From assembly GCA_964548075.1 (NCBI GenBank), contig CAZJQQ010000003.1:71254-135253 (forward strand): DNA of 64,000 nucleotides. Reading direction: 5' to 3'. Shown one piece after another: positions 31,294 to 39,738 of this stretch. Positions within the stretch are counted from its first letter, which is position 1; each line of letters opens with the position of its first letter. Position numbers and translations under genes: made by a program. Below the pieces are notes generated by a model. That model was not told where the DNA came from. It saw only the letters and a program-made list of their open reading frames with translations, and made no database searches. This stretch comes from an uncultured Clostridia bacterium (GTDB lineage Bacteria; Acidobacteriota; Blastocatellia; UBA7656).

Positions 31294-32478
31294 ATGAAAT
31301 CGATGTCCGAGATTCTCACCGTGGATGCCGTGTCCCAGCAGCCCGCTACGCCCCTGCGCGAGCGAATGTCTGTTCTGGCAATCGAAGACTTCGACTTGCT
31401 GGAGAATCATCTTCAAGCGTGGGAGGACTTGGCCGCCGACGCCTTGGAGCCGAACCCCTTCTACGAGCCGTGGATGTTGATGCCCGCGCTGCAGTCTTTC
31501 ACAGCGGGCAAAGACGTGCGCGTGGTGTTGGTCTTTGCGGCCGATCGCGGCGAATCAATCTTGTGCGGAGTATTCCCCCTGGAAAAGAAGCCGCGCTACA
31601 AAGGGCTTCCCGTTACCGCTTTCACCCTTTGGCAGCATATCTATTGCGGGCTGTGTACGCCGCTCATAAGGGCTGGCTACGAGAGCGAGTGTCTCGACGC
31701 TTTCTTTGACTGGCTGGCCTCAGAGTCCGACTGCGCCTTGATGGAGTTCAATCTCGTATCAGGCGAGGGCCCCTTTCATGAGCTTCTCAATGATTGTTTG
31801 ACCCGCCGAGGAAGTCAGAGCCTGGTCCATGATACTTACACGCGTGCGCTGTTTCGCCCGATGGAAAGCGCCGATTCCTACGTTCGGGCTGCGCTCAATC
31901 GGGGCCACCGAAAGGACCTGAGGCGAAGGACGCGACGCTTATCCGAAACAGGCCAGCTCGAATACGACGCGCTCGAACCCGATGGAGACATCGATGTTTG
32001 GGTAGAAGAGTATCTTCGACTCGAGGCCAGCGGATGGAAGGGCCAGGGCGGCGCGTTTGGTTGTAACGCTGCTGACAAAGATTACTTTGCGACAATCGCG
32101 AAAGCGGCGTTTGAGAAGCGCAAACTGATGATGCTTGCCGTTCGGCTGGACGGCAAAGCGATCGCGATGAAATGCAACTTCATCGCTGCGCCGGGATCGT
32201 TTGCATACAGGATAGCGTTCGATGAGAACTACGCGTTCTACTCACCGGGGGTCCTGTTGGAGCTGGAGAACATACGTCGTCTTCATAACGAACCGAGCGT
32301 TGAATGGATGGATTCCTGCGCGACCCCCGAGCATCCGATGATCGATCGTTTGTGGCTGGAACGCAGAGCGATTCAGAGCGTGCTTGTGCCAACGGGAAAG
32401 AAAGCCGGAGGGCTCGTGATCTCGGCATTGCCTTTGATCAGGTCGCTCAATCGCAAACTGCGAGGACTAAGTTCGTAG
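31294..32478 (+). CDS. GNAT-fold acyltransferase, CelD/BcsL (Acetyltransf_6) family
   Basis: W..LA....EPNPFY.PW, LEASGWKG..G, IAFDE.YA.YSPG.LL. Confidence 0.85.
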   Translation: MKSMSEILTVDAVSQQPATPLRERMSVLAIEDFDLLENHLQAWEDLAADALEPNPFYEPWMLMPALQSFTAGKDVRVVLVFAADRGESILCGVFPLEKKPRYKGLPVTAFTLWQHIYCGLCTPLIRAGYESECLDAFFDWLASESDCALMEFNLVSGEGPFHELLNDCLTRRGSQSLVHDTYTRALFRPMESADSYVRAALNRGHRKDLRRRTRRLSETGQLEYDALEPDGDIDVWVEEYLRLEASGWKGQGGAFGCNAADKDYFATIAKAAFEKRKLMMLAVRLDGKAIAMKCNFIAAPGSFAYRIAFDENYAFYSPGVLLELENIRRLHNEPSVEWMDSCATPEHPMIDRLWLERRAIQSVLVPTGKKAGGLVISALPLIRSLNRKLRGLSS

Positions 32479-32592
32479 TTCGAGTTCAGAGTACAAGCTT
32501 CAGCTTGCCGGATTCGATCGCGCTAAGACCTGGAAGCAAGCTGAAGCTTGTACTCTGAACTCGAACTTCCGCCTAAAGGCCGAACTACGAAC
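32470..32592. repeat. Composite REP; its left end supplies the stop codon of the GNAT gene
   Basis: gttcgtagttcg...[gagttcagagtacaagcttcagcttgc / gcaagctgaagcttgtactctgaactc]...ccgcctaaaggccgaactacgaac. Confidence 0.85.
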
Positions 32593-32612
32593 ATTCTTGG
32601 AGGGAGATTACA

Positions 32613-33533
32613 ATGAGTTCAGCTAGACTTTCACCGAGCCCGCGCGTGGCCGTTTCGTCGATGCCAGATCAATCCAAGCGCCGGACGTTGGATATCGACG
32701 CTGGCGTCTTTCGGCGCGGCTTCAATCGGCGGCCCTTCACTATCGGACACAGTCTCGTCGATCATCCGCTGCTGACTCTCCCGAGTTTGATCGAGCTCTC
32801 AAAACGCCTCCCCGAAAGCAACGTCAGGTACAACCGCGCGGACGTGGATGTCAGCCAGGCTGTCTACTCGGCGCCAAAGACGGGCTTATCGATTCAGGAG
32901 ACAATTCGGCAGGTCGAGGAGTGCGGCTCCTGGATGGTGCTGAGGTTCGTCGAACAGGACCCGGCATATCGAGCGCTCGTGGACCAGTGTCTCGACGAGA
33001 TTCAACTGTTCACCGACCCGATCATGCCCGGTATGTTCAAGCGCGAAGGCTTCGTCTTCATAACATCGCCTGGTGGAGTAACGCCTTTTCACATGGACCC
33101 CGAGTACAACTTTCTGCTCCAGGTTCGCGGAAAGAAAACGGCGACCCTTCTAGACGTCTCGGACCGGTCAATCGTCTCGGAAGAGCTGTTGGAAAAGTTC
33201 CTCAGCGGAGACGAGTACAAACACGACTTCAAGGACGAGTATCCGGACAAAGCGTTCACATTCGAATTGAATCCGGGAGAGGGTCTGCACTTTCCGCTGA
33301 ATTGGCCTCACTGGGTCAAGAACGGCGACGAGGTCTCGATTTCCTTCAGCATAACGTTTCGGAGCCCCGTTTCTGAACAACGAGAGATCGTCTACAAAGT
33401 GAACAACTATTTGCGTAAACGAGCGATCAATCCGAGACCCTACGGTCAATCACGCCTAGTCGACACCGCCAAGTCCTATGCCTTCCGCGCTGCCAGGCGC
33501 ACCCATAGCCTTGTGAGTCACCTCCCCGAATAA
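32613..33533 (+). CDS. JmjC/cupin-like putative 2OG-Fe(II) dioxygenase
   Basis: TPFHMDPE (HxD), L.PGEGL..P..WPHWV facial triad. Confidence 0.85.
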   Translation: MSSARLSPSPRVAVSSMPDQSKRRTLDIDAGVFRRGFNRRPFTIGHSLVDHPLLTLPSLIELSKRLPESNVRYNRADVDVSQAVYSAPKTGLSIQETIRQVEECGSWMVLRFVEQDPAYRALVDQCLDEIQLFTDPIMPGMFKREGFVFITSPGGVTPFHMDPEYNFLLQVRGKKTATLLDVSDRSIVSEELLEKFLSGDEYKHDFKDEYPDKAFTFELNPGEGLHFPLNWPHWVKNGDEVSISFSITFRSPVSEQREIVYKVNNYLRKRAINPRPYGQSRLVDTAKSYAFRAARRTHSLVSHLPE

Positions 33534-33559
33534 ACAATCACTGACGCATCCCTCTTCCA

Positions 33560-33818
33560 ACTCCGAGGATGCCACCAGCTTGCCTGGTGGAGGTTCACGG
33601 TTGCTGCTACACAAAGCGAAGTCGTGGGCCAAAGATGCCACGGGCTTGCCCCGTGGAGTTTCACGCTCCCTGCGCAGGCCGCCGAAGAGCCGAGCCGCCA
33701 AACTCCCAGCCAGCGTGATGCTCCACGGGGCAAGCCCGTGGCATCTGGGAATCGCCTGCGCTCGCATATAGCAGCCATCGTGAAGCTCCACCAGGCAAGC
33801 TGGTGGCATCCTCGGAGT
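33560..33818. mobile_element. Non-autonomous nested palindromic element (IS200/IS605-end-like or REPIN-like)
   Basis: Outer near-perfect arms actccgaggatgccaccagcttgcctggtggag; inner arms agatgccacgggcttgccccgtggag; 21-nt direct repeats at 33541 and 33859. Confidence 0.75.
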
Positions 33819-33892
33819 CTTCACAGAGTCTCTGGCGCGTGCGGGTATGCGCGAGAGTCTGACGCATCACTCTTCCAACGGAATCGCTCGTG

Positions 33893-33921
33893 TTGATTTT
33901 CATAACAGGCCGGGATATTAT
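33893..33921 (+). promoter_or_regulatory. Putative sigma70 promoter facing the cassette array
   Basis: TTGATT-N17-TATTAT. Confidence 0.45.
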
Positions 33922-33945
33922 GCCGCCCGTTCGTTGTTAACATAA

Positions 33946-34143
33946 CTCACGTTCCTCACAGAGTCATCAAACGAGAAACGGCAATCACAAAAGACAAAAC
34001 TTGATCTCGAGAATAAAAGGATAGAACTTGAGAATCAAGAGCTGGAGATGGAGATAGAACAATTAAGAAAGGCTATGCAATCTGCTACTCAGCTAGGTAA
34101 ACCGAATAAGTCAGATAAGCCTCAGCGGCCAAGTAAACATTAG
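33946..34143 (+). pseudogene. 3' fragment of an AT-rich coiled-coil cassette gene
   Basis: Open frame ...KTKLDLENKRIELENQELEMEIEQLRK...SKH-stop with no usable start near its 5' end, ending just before attC-1. Confidence 0.55.
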
Positions 34144-34148
34144 GTGGC

Positions 34149-34237
34149 ATCTAACACGGCGTTCGACCAGAGGTCGCGAGCAAGGGTCTTATGGTCCCTC
34201 AGAGCCGTTCGCGGCCCCACTCAACTCTACCTTAGAC
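34149..34237 (+). mobile_element. Degenerate attC site 1
   Basis: ATCTAAC (RYYYAAC) ... GTTCGA / CTCAAC ... CTTAGAC (GTTRRRY with G>C); internal cgcga/tcgcg and aggg/ccct arms. Confidence 0.65.
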
Positions 34238-34256
34238 GACGAGAAATCTGGTTCCT

Positions 34257-34442
34257 ATGGATTACGCAGAACAATTGGCAAAAAGAATCATCGAATCCGT
34301 GCTTCTTGGCGCAGCGATGCGCTATCATACTGACCTGAACATCCGAAACCACGACTTTGACATGGAATACCCAGATGGAACAAGGCTGCTGAGTTCTGGT
34401 CAATGCCTAGTGAACACCGAAGGGGAAGAGGTGAATGCCTGA
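34257..34442 (+). pseudogene. Probable 5' fragment of a cassette gene
   Basis: ATG about 20 nt after attC-1; 61 aa that run into the RBS and start of the next gene. Confidence 0.45.
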
Positions 34443-35181
34443 TCATTCCGCCCTTGATTTGAAGTACTTCATCGACGACAAGATATATAACTGCCCCTTC
34501 TGTAATCGACGGCATGTGTCGTACACGCTCGTTGGCTGGGCGCGCTTCGATTGGACAGACACCAAGCCTTGTTGGCTCTACATAGTTCAGTGCAGCAGCT
34601 GCGAATCCAAGTCACTGCATCTGTCCTTTGAAGAGCTTCACTACGACTACGGACTCGGCAAGCCGCAGTTTAGTAGCGCAAGAGACTTGGACGCTGCGAT
34701 CTTTTACAACGTTCCAACGTCGTTCTTCGTGATGGACACGCGCGTTCCACGCGTACTCCGTGACCTGATAACAGAAGCGGAAGGCTGCCTCAAGATGAAT
34801 TTCTTGACCGGCGCTTCGGCGTGTACGCGGAAGGCAATCTACGAGCTTACGGTTCTCCAAAATGCCCAAGGGGCTAACTACGATGACCGCATCCGCGATC
34901 TTCAACAGCGATTTCCTGATGTCGACCCAGGGTACTTTGAAGTGCTTCGCCATATCAAAGACATGACGAGTGACAAGGTCCACGAGCAGTCATGGGACAA
35001 ATGGGACAGTGCTCATCTGAGGCTCTTCCTTGAGACGTTGCGCAGCATACTTCAGGAGATATACGTGCTCCCGGATGAACGCGCCCAACGAGTAAAGCAG
35101 ATCCGTTCGCTGATCCCTGCGAGCAAGAAGCAGAAATCAATACCGCCGACTGATGAGCCTCCCCCGACCAGCACCAGCTAA
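34435..35181 (+). CDS. DUF4145 (HEPN-like) protein with N-terminal zinc ribbon
   Basis: CPFC...CSSC; VP.....LI.EA..C....F..GASAC.RKAIYE; YDDRI..L; SDKVH. Confidence 0.8.
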   Translation: MPDHSALDLKYFIDDKIYNCPFCNRRHVSYTLVGWARFDWTDTKPCWLYIVQCSSCESKSLHLSFEELHYDYGLGKPQFSSARDLDAAIFYNVPTSFFVMDTRVPRVLRDLITEAEGCLKMNFLTGASACTRKAIYELTVLQNAQGANYDDRIRDLQQRFPDVDPGYFEVLRHIKDMTSDKVHEQSWDKWDSAHLRLFLETLRSILQEIYVLPDERAQRVKQIRSLIPASKKQKSIPPTDEPPPTSTS

Positions 35182-35235
35182 CTCCGGCGATCCACGGGAG
35201 CGCAAGAAGCGCGCCCCGCAATCGCTAAACGGCCT
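35176..35235 (+). mobile_element. Degenerate attC site 2
   Basis: AGCTAAC contains the gene's TAA; GCGATCCACGGG / CCCGCAATCGC arms around GCGC-AAGAA-GCGC; right core eroded (AAACGGC). Confidence 0.7.
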
Positions 35236-35250
35236 CACAGGTTTGCCGTT

Positions 35251-36001
35251 ATGACTTTACAGTTGTCCGCCGCCTTCGTGTCCCACGCCGCGGACCTCCT
35301 CGGCGACACGGACGCTGGCATCAGCGGTGCGCAGATTGTGAAGGCTACAGTGGGCTACGCGATTGAGTTCGGAGTCAACGTTCCCCACGAACAGTACCCG
35401 TTTGAAGCATCAAACAAGCGAACAGCCTTGTTCGACAATCTCATGGCGTTTTCCGAGCCCCAACGCTATCGAATCATCCGTGAGACTCTGTGATCACCCC
35501 GCCATCCATCAGCGAAATCCAGAGGGTGCCGAGAAGCTGAAACTGACTCTCATTGCACGCTACGGCCATCTAGCTAACGAAGGACTCGGCTCTGAACTGG
35601 ACCAAGAGCTTGTTGAGCGTACTCAGCACTGGTTGGGTCCATATCCGGACGTACTGGCCCTGTACGACCAGGCTATCCAGAAGCACTCCAACGGAGTGTT
35701 TCTCCGAAACGTGCTGGATGACCTCAGACTGGGTCTTGAGCTTCTCCTGAAGAGCATACTCGGCACCCAGAAGGCATTAGAGAATCAGTTACCAAGCCTT
35801 GGCACCTTTATCAAGCAGCGTGGGGGTTCAGCGCAGTTGGCTAACATGTTCGTTAAGCTGGTTGACTACTATGCGAAGTACCAGAATACGTATGTCAAAC
35901 ATGATGACGCCGTGATCGAAGAAGAAGTCGAGATCGTTGTCGAACTCACATCTTCATTCATGAAGCACTTGGTTCGGCTCTCGTACAAAGATGCCGCCTA
36001 A
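35251..36001 (+). pseudogene. Frameshifted Abi-like cassette gene (about 250 aa when repaired)
   Basis: Removing one A at about 35485 joins ...YRIIRE to LCDHP...; helical C-terminus LDDLRL.LE.LLK...YQNTYVKH. Confidence 0.7.
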
Positions 36002-36058
36002 CTTTTCGCATGCACCGTAGCCACAAACTACGCGGCACGGCGATGCGAGGCGTTCAAC
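35996..36058 (+). mobile_element. attC site 3
   Basis: GCCTAAC contains the gene's TAA; TCGCAT(G)CACCG / CGGCGATGCGA arms with an extrahelical G; GGCGTT right end. Confidence 0.75.
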
Positions 36059-36103
36059 CTTTCTCTAGCCCGGGACTCGTCTTCGGTATGCGGCTGTCAA
36101 CAA

Positions 36104-37006
36104 TCACAGGAATCGACGCACGACTGTTCGCTTGACGATGTTCTCGCCCGCAATGACTCGAGCCGCTATCCAGTTCACCGATTTGCGCAGGCGAGTTTCC
36201 TTGTACATTAAGCATGCTTGCTCTGCTTTTCGATAGCAGAGTTCCCAATCGTACTCGACTCGATGAAAGCGCAAGGTCTGCTCGAGATCGTCGTAGACTA
36301 GGAACGCGGCTCTTGGATCGTCATCGCGTGATTGGCCAACGCTTCCGGGGTTCACGAGATATCTCGCGGAAGACTCGAGGCTCATGAATTGGCCAGGCTC
36401 TACGATTGGCGCGCCCGCGCGCCGACTGCCTACGCCGCTCCTATGGCCGTTTGCCCTGGCGTGACCGTTTACTTTGGCCTGGCCTTTGATCCACGTCAGA
36501 GTCGCATCTCGATACTGATACACAAGGCTCCGATGAGCGTGGCCGACAAAGCAGACCTTGACATCCGGGAAGATCCGGGTCATCGCTTCGAAGCTCTTGA
36601 TTACGTCGCCGCCGGAATTCAGCCGCACGTCTTCGTTCGGTTGTGGATGGACGCCCGCGTGGACGATCAGAATGCTCTTGTCGATGACCTCGAACACCGG
36701 AAGCCCTTTCAAGAACCGACGGCTGTCTTCGGTCAACTCTCGCCTTGTCCAAAGAATCGCGCGACGAGCCGCTTCGCCGAAGTAGACCGGCTCTTTTAGC
36801 CCAGCCGCAGCGCGATCGTGGTTTCCGGTGATGCATCGAACTCCGCGATCGCGGATCAGCTTTACGCATTCGTTCGGATTGGCGTGGTAGCCCACGAGGT
36901 CTCCGAGGCAAATCACTTCATCGACGCCGAGCGCGTCGATTCTTTCAAAGACCGAGGTCAGCGCTTCGAGGTTGGAGTGGATGTCAGTAATGATCGCGTA
37001 CTTCAC
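36104..37006 (-). CDS. Calcineurin-like metallophosphoesterase
   Basis: DIHSN, GDLVG, GNHD, GHAH, NPGSVGQSRD; GTGA overlap with the upstream gene. Confidence 0.9.
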   Translation of the reverse strand: MKYAIITDIHSNLEALTSVFERIDALGVDEVICLGDLVGYHANPNECVKLIRDRGVRCITGNHDRAAAGLKEPVYFGEAARRAILWTRRELTEDSRRFLKGLPVFEVIDKSILIVHAGVHPQPNEDVRLNSGGDVIKSFEAMTRIFPDVKVCFVGHAHRSLVYQYRDATLTWIKGQAKVNGHARANGHRSGVGSRRAGAPIVEPGQFMSLESSARYLVNPGSVGQSRDDDPRAAFLVYDDLEQTLRFHRVEYDWELCYRKAEQACLMYKETRLRKSVNWIAARVIAGENIVKRTVVRRFL

Positions 37007-38208
37007 TTGACCACTCCCTTGCCCAGCCGCCCGTAGAACGATTTGGAATAGCTCAGAAGAGAAACAACAAACGGGTACGGATCCCGCCACGAGAATGTCT
37101 GGTAAACCTTCTTGCTTCCATAGGAACGAAGCCACCGCCCCCAACTGAGCTCACCTGCAGGGCGGTAATGCCGGACGAATGTCCTCAAGTCGTCTCCGAA
37201 TGCGAGCCACCTCACGCCGGTCCGGTAGTCCGTTTGAGGCTCGCAAGCCTGGCCGGTCAAGTCTCGATAGGCGATCAGCGGAAGATTGACGCCGCTTGCA
37301 GCGCCCAGGTAATTCCACAGATTGAACCGCGCGTTGATCTCCAAGAGGTAATACCGGTTCCTGGCCGGGTCTTTCTTGAAGTCGATCTTGACCGGACCGA
37401 CGAACTTCAACTTCTTCAGGATCTCCATTCCAAGCTCGACAACCTCCGGCTCCTTCACAAGCTCGAGGTACGTGCTCGCGCCCGACTCTTTTGGATAAGT
37501 TCGAATCTTGCGTCCGACGTACCAGGCCAGCGGTTCGGAATGACTATTGAAGTAACCGTGGAAACTGTAGATGCAATCATCTCCGCCGGGAACGTATTCC
37601 TGAACGACAAAGTCATTCGTGAATTCGCCGACCGTGCGATAAAGCGAATCGAGCTGGCCGGCGTTCTCGGCGCGCAACGCCTTCTGAGGTATCCCACCCC
37701 TTTGCGTAACAGCCCTACGCTCACACCAGCCCTCATGGAGGTTGGGTTTCACTACACAAGGCAGGGAGACAAACTTCAGCGCTTCCTTAGCGGTCCCGGC
37801 CCGGCCGGACGTGACGGTTCTAGGAACCGGAAGTCCGCCGCTGTCGGCAAGGCACGCGAACTGTGTTTTGTCGACAAGCTGCTCGACCAGCTCAGGCTCC
37901 GGGAGCTGGAAGCGAAAATACTTTGCAAGGCGCTCGCGATTCCTCGAGATCAGCAAGAGCATCGAGTCGTCGCCGTAATACAAGACCGGCCTTTCCGAAA
38001 AGGACTTTCCCAACTCCTCAAGGTCGCTTATCGCCCTGGCAGGTTCGGATACCGGACTAGCGATCAATCTTTTCTGACGGCAGTATCTTGAGCGCAACGT
38101 GACGTCACCGGGATTCGCTGAGATCACGAGCGTAGGGATCTCCTCATCAGCGAAGCATCTCAGAATGCTCAGCCCGGAAAGTACGACTGCTGGCTTGACA
38201 GGGTTCAT
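37003..38208 (-). CDS. ATP-grasp carboxylate-amine ligase (D-aspartate-ligase-like)
   Basis: DK..F..LA...G..VP.T, P.VVKP, VQEYVPG, DFK.D......LLEINAR. Confidence 0.85.
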   Translation of the reverse strand: MNPVKPAVVLSGLSILRCFADEEIPTLVISANPGDVTLRSRYCRQKRLIASPVSEPARAISDLEELGKSFSERPVLYYGDDSMLLLISRNRERLAKYFRFQLPEPELVEQLVDKTQFACLADSGGLPVPRTVTSGRAGTAKEALKFVSLPCVVKPNLHEGWCERRAVTQRGGIPQKALRAENAGQLDSLYRTVGEFTNDFVVQEYVPGGDDCIYSFHGYFNSHSEPLAWYVGRKIRTYPKESGASTYLELVKEPEVVELGMEILKKLKFVGPVKIDFKKDPARNRYYLLEINARFNLWNYLGAASGVNLPLIAYRDLTGQACEPQTDYRTGVRWLAFGDDLRTFVRHYRPAGELSWGRWLRSYGSKKVYQTFSWRDPYPFVVSLLSYSKSFYGRLGKGVVK

Positions 38209-38209
38209 C

Positions 38210-39418
38210 CTATTCGTTTGAGTAATAGCGCCGCTTAATGATCAACTTGTGAGCAGCGACTCTCATTTTCTTGGGCACCGTCTTCCTTATGATGAACTTT
38301 CCGACTCGCGTCGCCTGCTCGATGATGTCGCACACCCGAGAATGCAGAGTCGGGCGCTGATAGGTCAAACATACGCTCTCCCGCCACACCTTGGTCCATG
38401 ACTGCTTATAGCCGTTATCGCCACCCATGAAGTCGTAATTGCGAACCGTCTCGTCCTCCACACAAGCGCGGATGCACAGCCCGTGCATCACGTTCCCCAA
38501 ACCTCTTTGGGAGTAAGCCGGGTCAAATCCTCCCTGGAAGAAATGCAAGACGCCGTTATCGAAGAACCCGAGCAGTGCGGCGGCGACCTGCGTATCCAAC
38601 GCCAGCGTCCACAGGCCGAGCCGCCCTTCGGACAGGCTCACTCGCGCCGCTTCCTTCAGGAATCCCTCTGCTCCAGTGAGCGCAAATGCGCCGGGCTCGC
38701 CTTTGGACCGCCAACGCGCCTGGTGCAACCGGACCAGCGCATTCAGCGCCGGTTCCAATTGGTCGGCCGTCTCTACCCGGCAAAAGCTGCTCTCATACGA
38801 GTTGAACAATCGGCGGGTGCGGCGAAAAACATTATCGCGCGCCCATCCGGCGAGATTCGTCTTGAACGTATCCCAAGTTGTATCCGTGTCGATGTAGTAA
38901 GAGCGATTGCAGACCGCGATTTGCGAGTGTTCACCTAACGCCTGCTGCAAATATGGAAGCACAGTCGAGGCGTCGGGGATTTCGCTCAGTCGCAGGCGAT
39001 CCCAACCGGTGTCGCGGCTAAGGAAGTCGGCAACCGCGTCCGCCGCGGCCTGCTCGTATCCACGACGAGCCACGATGTCCAGGTACTCACTGGTCTGCGC
39101 GTAGATACCAGTTCCTAGAAACAACACTTCTCTGAGATGGGGGATCCCTGCCGTCCGGCGTTGTTTCCAATAGAAGGGCGCCAGCCCCACCAATCTGCCC
39201 TCACTGTCCCGGCAAGTTATAATGAAGAGATGGCTGTCGGCCGGCCTGAAGGTGCCCCACCAGAGCGAGTTCCACGACCACCGCAGGAAGAACGCGCGCT
39301 GATCGCTTTGTTCCAGCAACTCATCCCATTCGGCGGCAAGGGCTTCAAGATCCCGGTCATCGGTCAACACCGAAGCCTCTATCGCGGTAGATGTCATCAC
39401 TCCCAGGCTATCGATCAT
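38210..39418 (-). CDS. GNAT-fold acyltransferase, CelD/BcsL family
   Basis: L..EW..L, F..W.W...WW, GLAPF, LH..RW, GFDP.Y....G, YDFMGG...YK..W. Confidence 0.85.
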   Translation of the reverse strand: MIDSLGVMTSTAIEASVLTDDRDLEALAAEWDELLEQSDQRAFFLRWSWNSLWWGTFRPADSHLFIITCRDSEGRLVGLAPFYWKQRRTAGIPHLREVLFLGTGIYAQTSEYLDIVARRGYEQAAADAVADFLSRDTGWDRLRLSEIPDASTVLPYLQQALGEHSQIAVCNRSYYIDTDTTWDTFKTNLAGWARDNVFRRTRRLFNSYESSFCRVETADQLEPALNALVRLHQARWRSKGEPGAFALTGAEGFLKEAARVSLSEGRLGLWTLALDTQVAAALLGFFDNGVLHFFQGGFDPAYSQRGLGNVMHGLCIRACVEDETVRNYDFMGGDNGYKQSWTKVWRESVCLTYQRPTLHSRVCDIIEQATRVGKFIIRKTVPKKMRVAAHKLIIKRRYYSNE

Positions 39419-39437
39419 TACAACGTCCTTTCCTGTC

Positions 39438-39572
39438 CCGGGAGCGCGCAGGATCACAGGTCGGGAGTAGCATAGACTTTAGTCTGTGTCCTTGTCTTCC
39501 GCCCGGAATCACCGCACCCAGACTAATAAAGTCTATGCTACGCCGACCTGTGATCCTGCGTGCGCTTCCAGG
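39438..39572. repeat. Nested REP in a divergent promoter region
   Basis: Outer gcgcgcaggatcacaggtcgg / ccgacctgtgatcctgcgtgc; inner gtagcatagacttta / taaagtctatgctac (39467-39541). Confidence 0.85.
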
Positions 39573-39738
39573 TACCTTACTTAAATTGCTTTAGGGCTGC
39601 GATTTCCACATAACCGAGGCCGGGAGAAACGCATCCAGACTTATGGAAAACCCTCCCAATTCCGAATTTACTAATGCTGAGAGGATTAGAATGCGCCGGT
39701 TCACATAGCCGTCGTTCGCATGCGAAGCACTTGAAGGG

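Noticed and set aside
33456-33903. Several short ORFs across the nested palindrome
   Set aside because: Translations of the repeat itself (for example HGASPWH on both strands); no HUH or other transposase motif
35480-35495. Programmed frameshift or phase variation
   Set aside because: No slippery heptamer, homopolymer or obvious stimulatory structure
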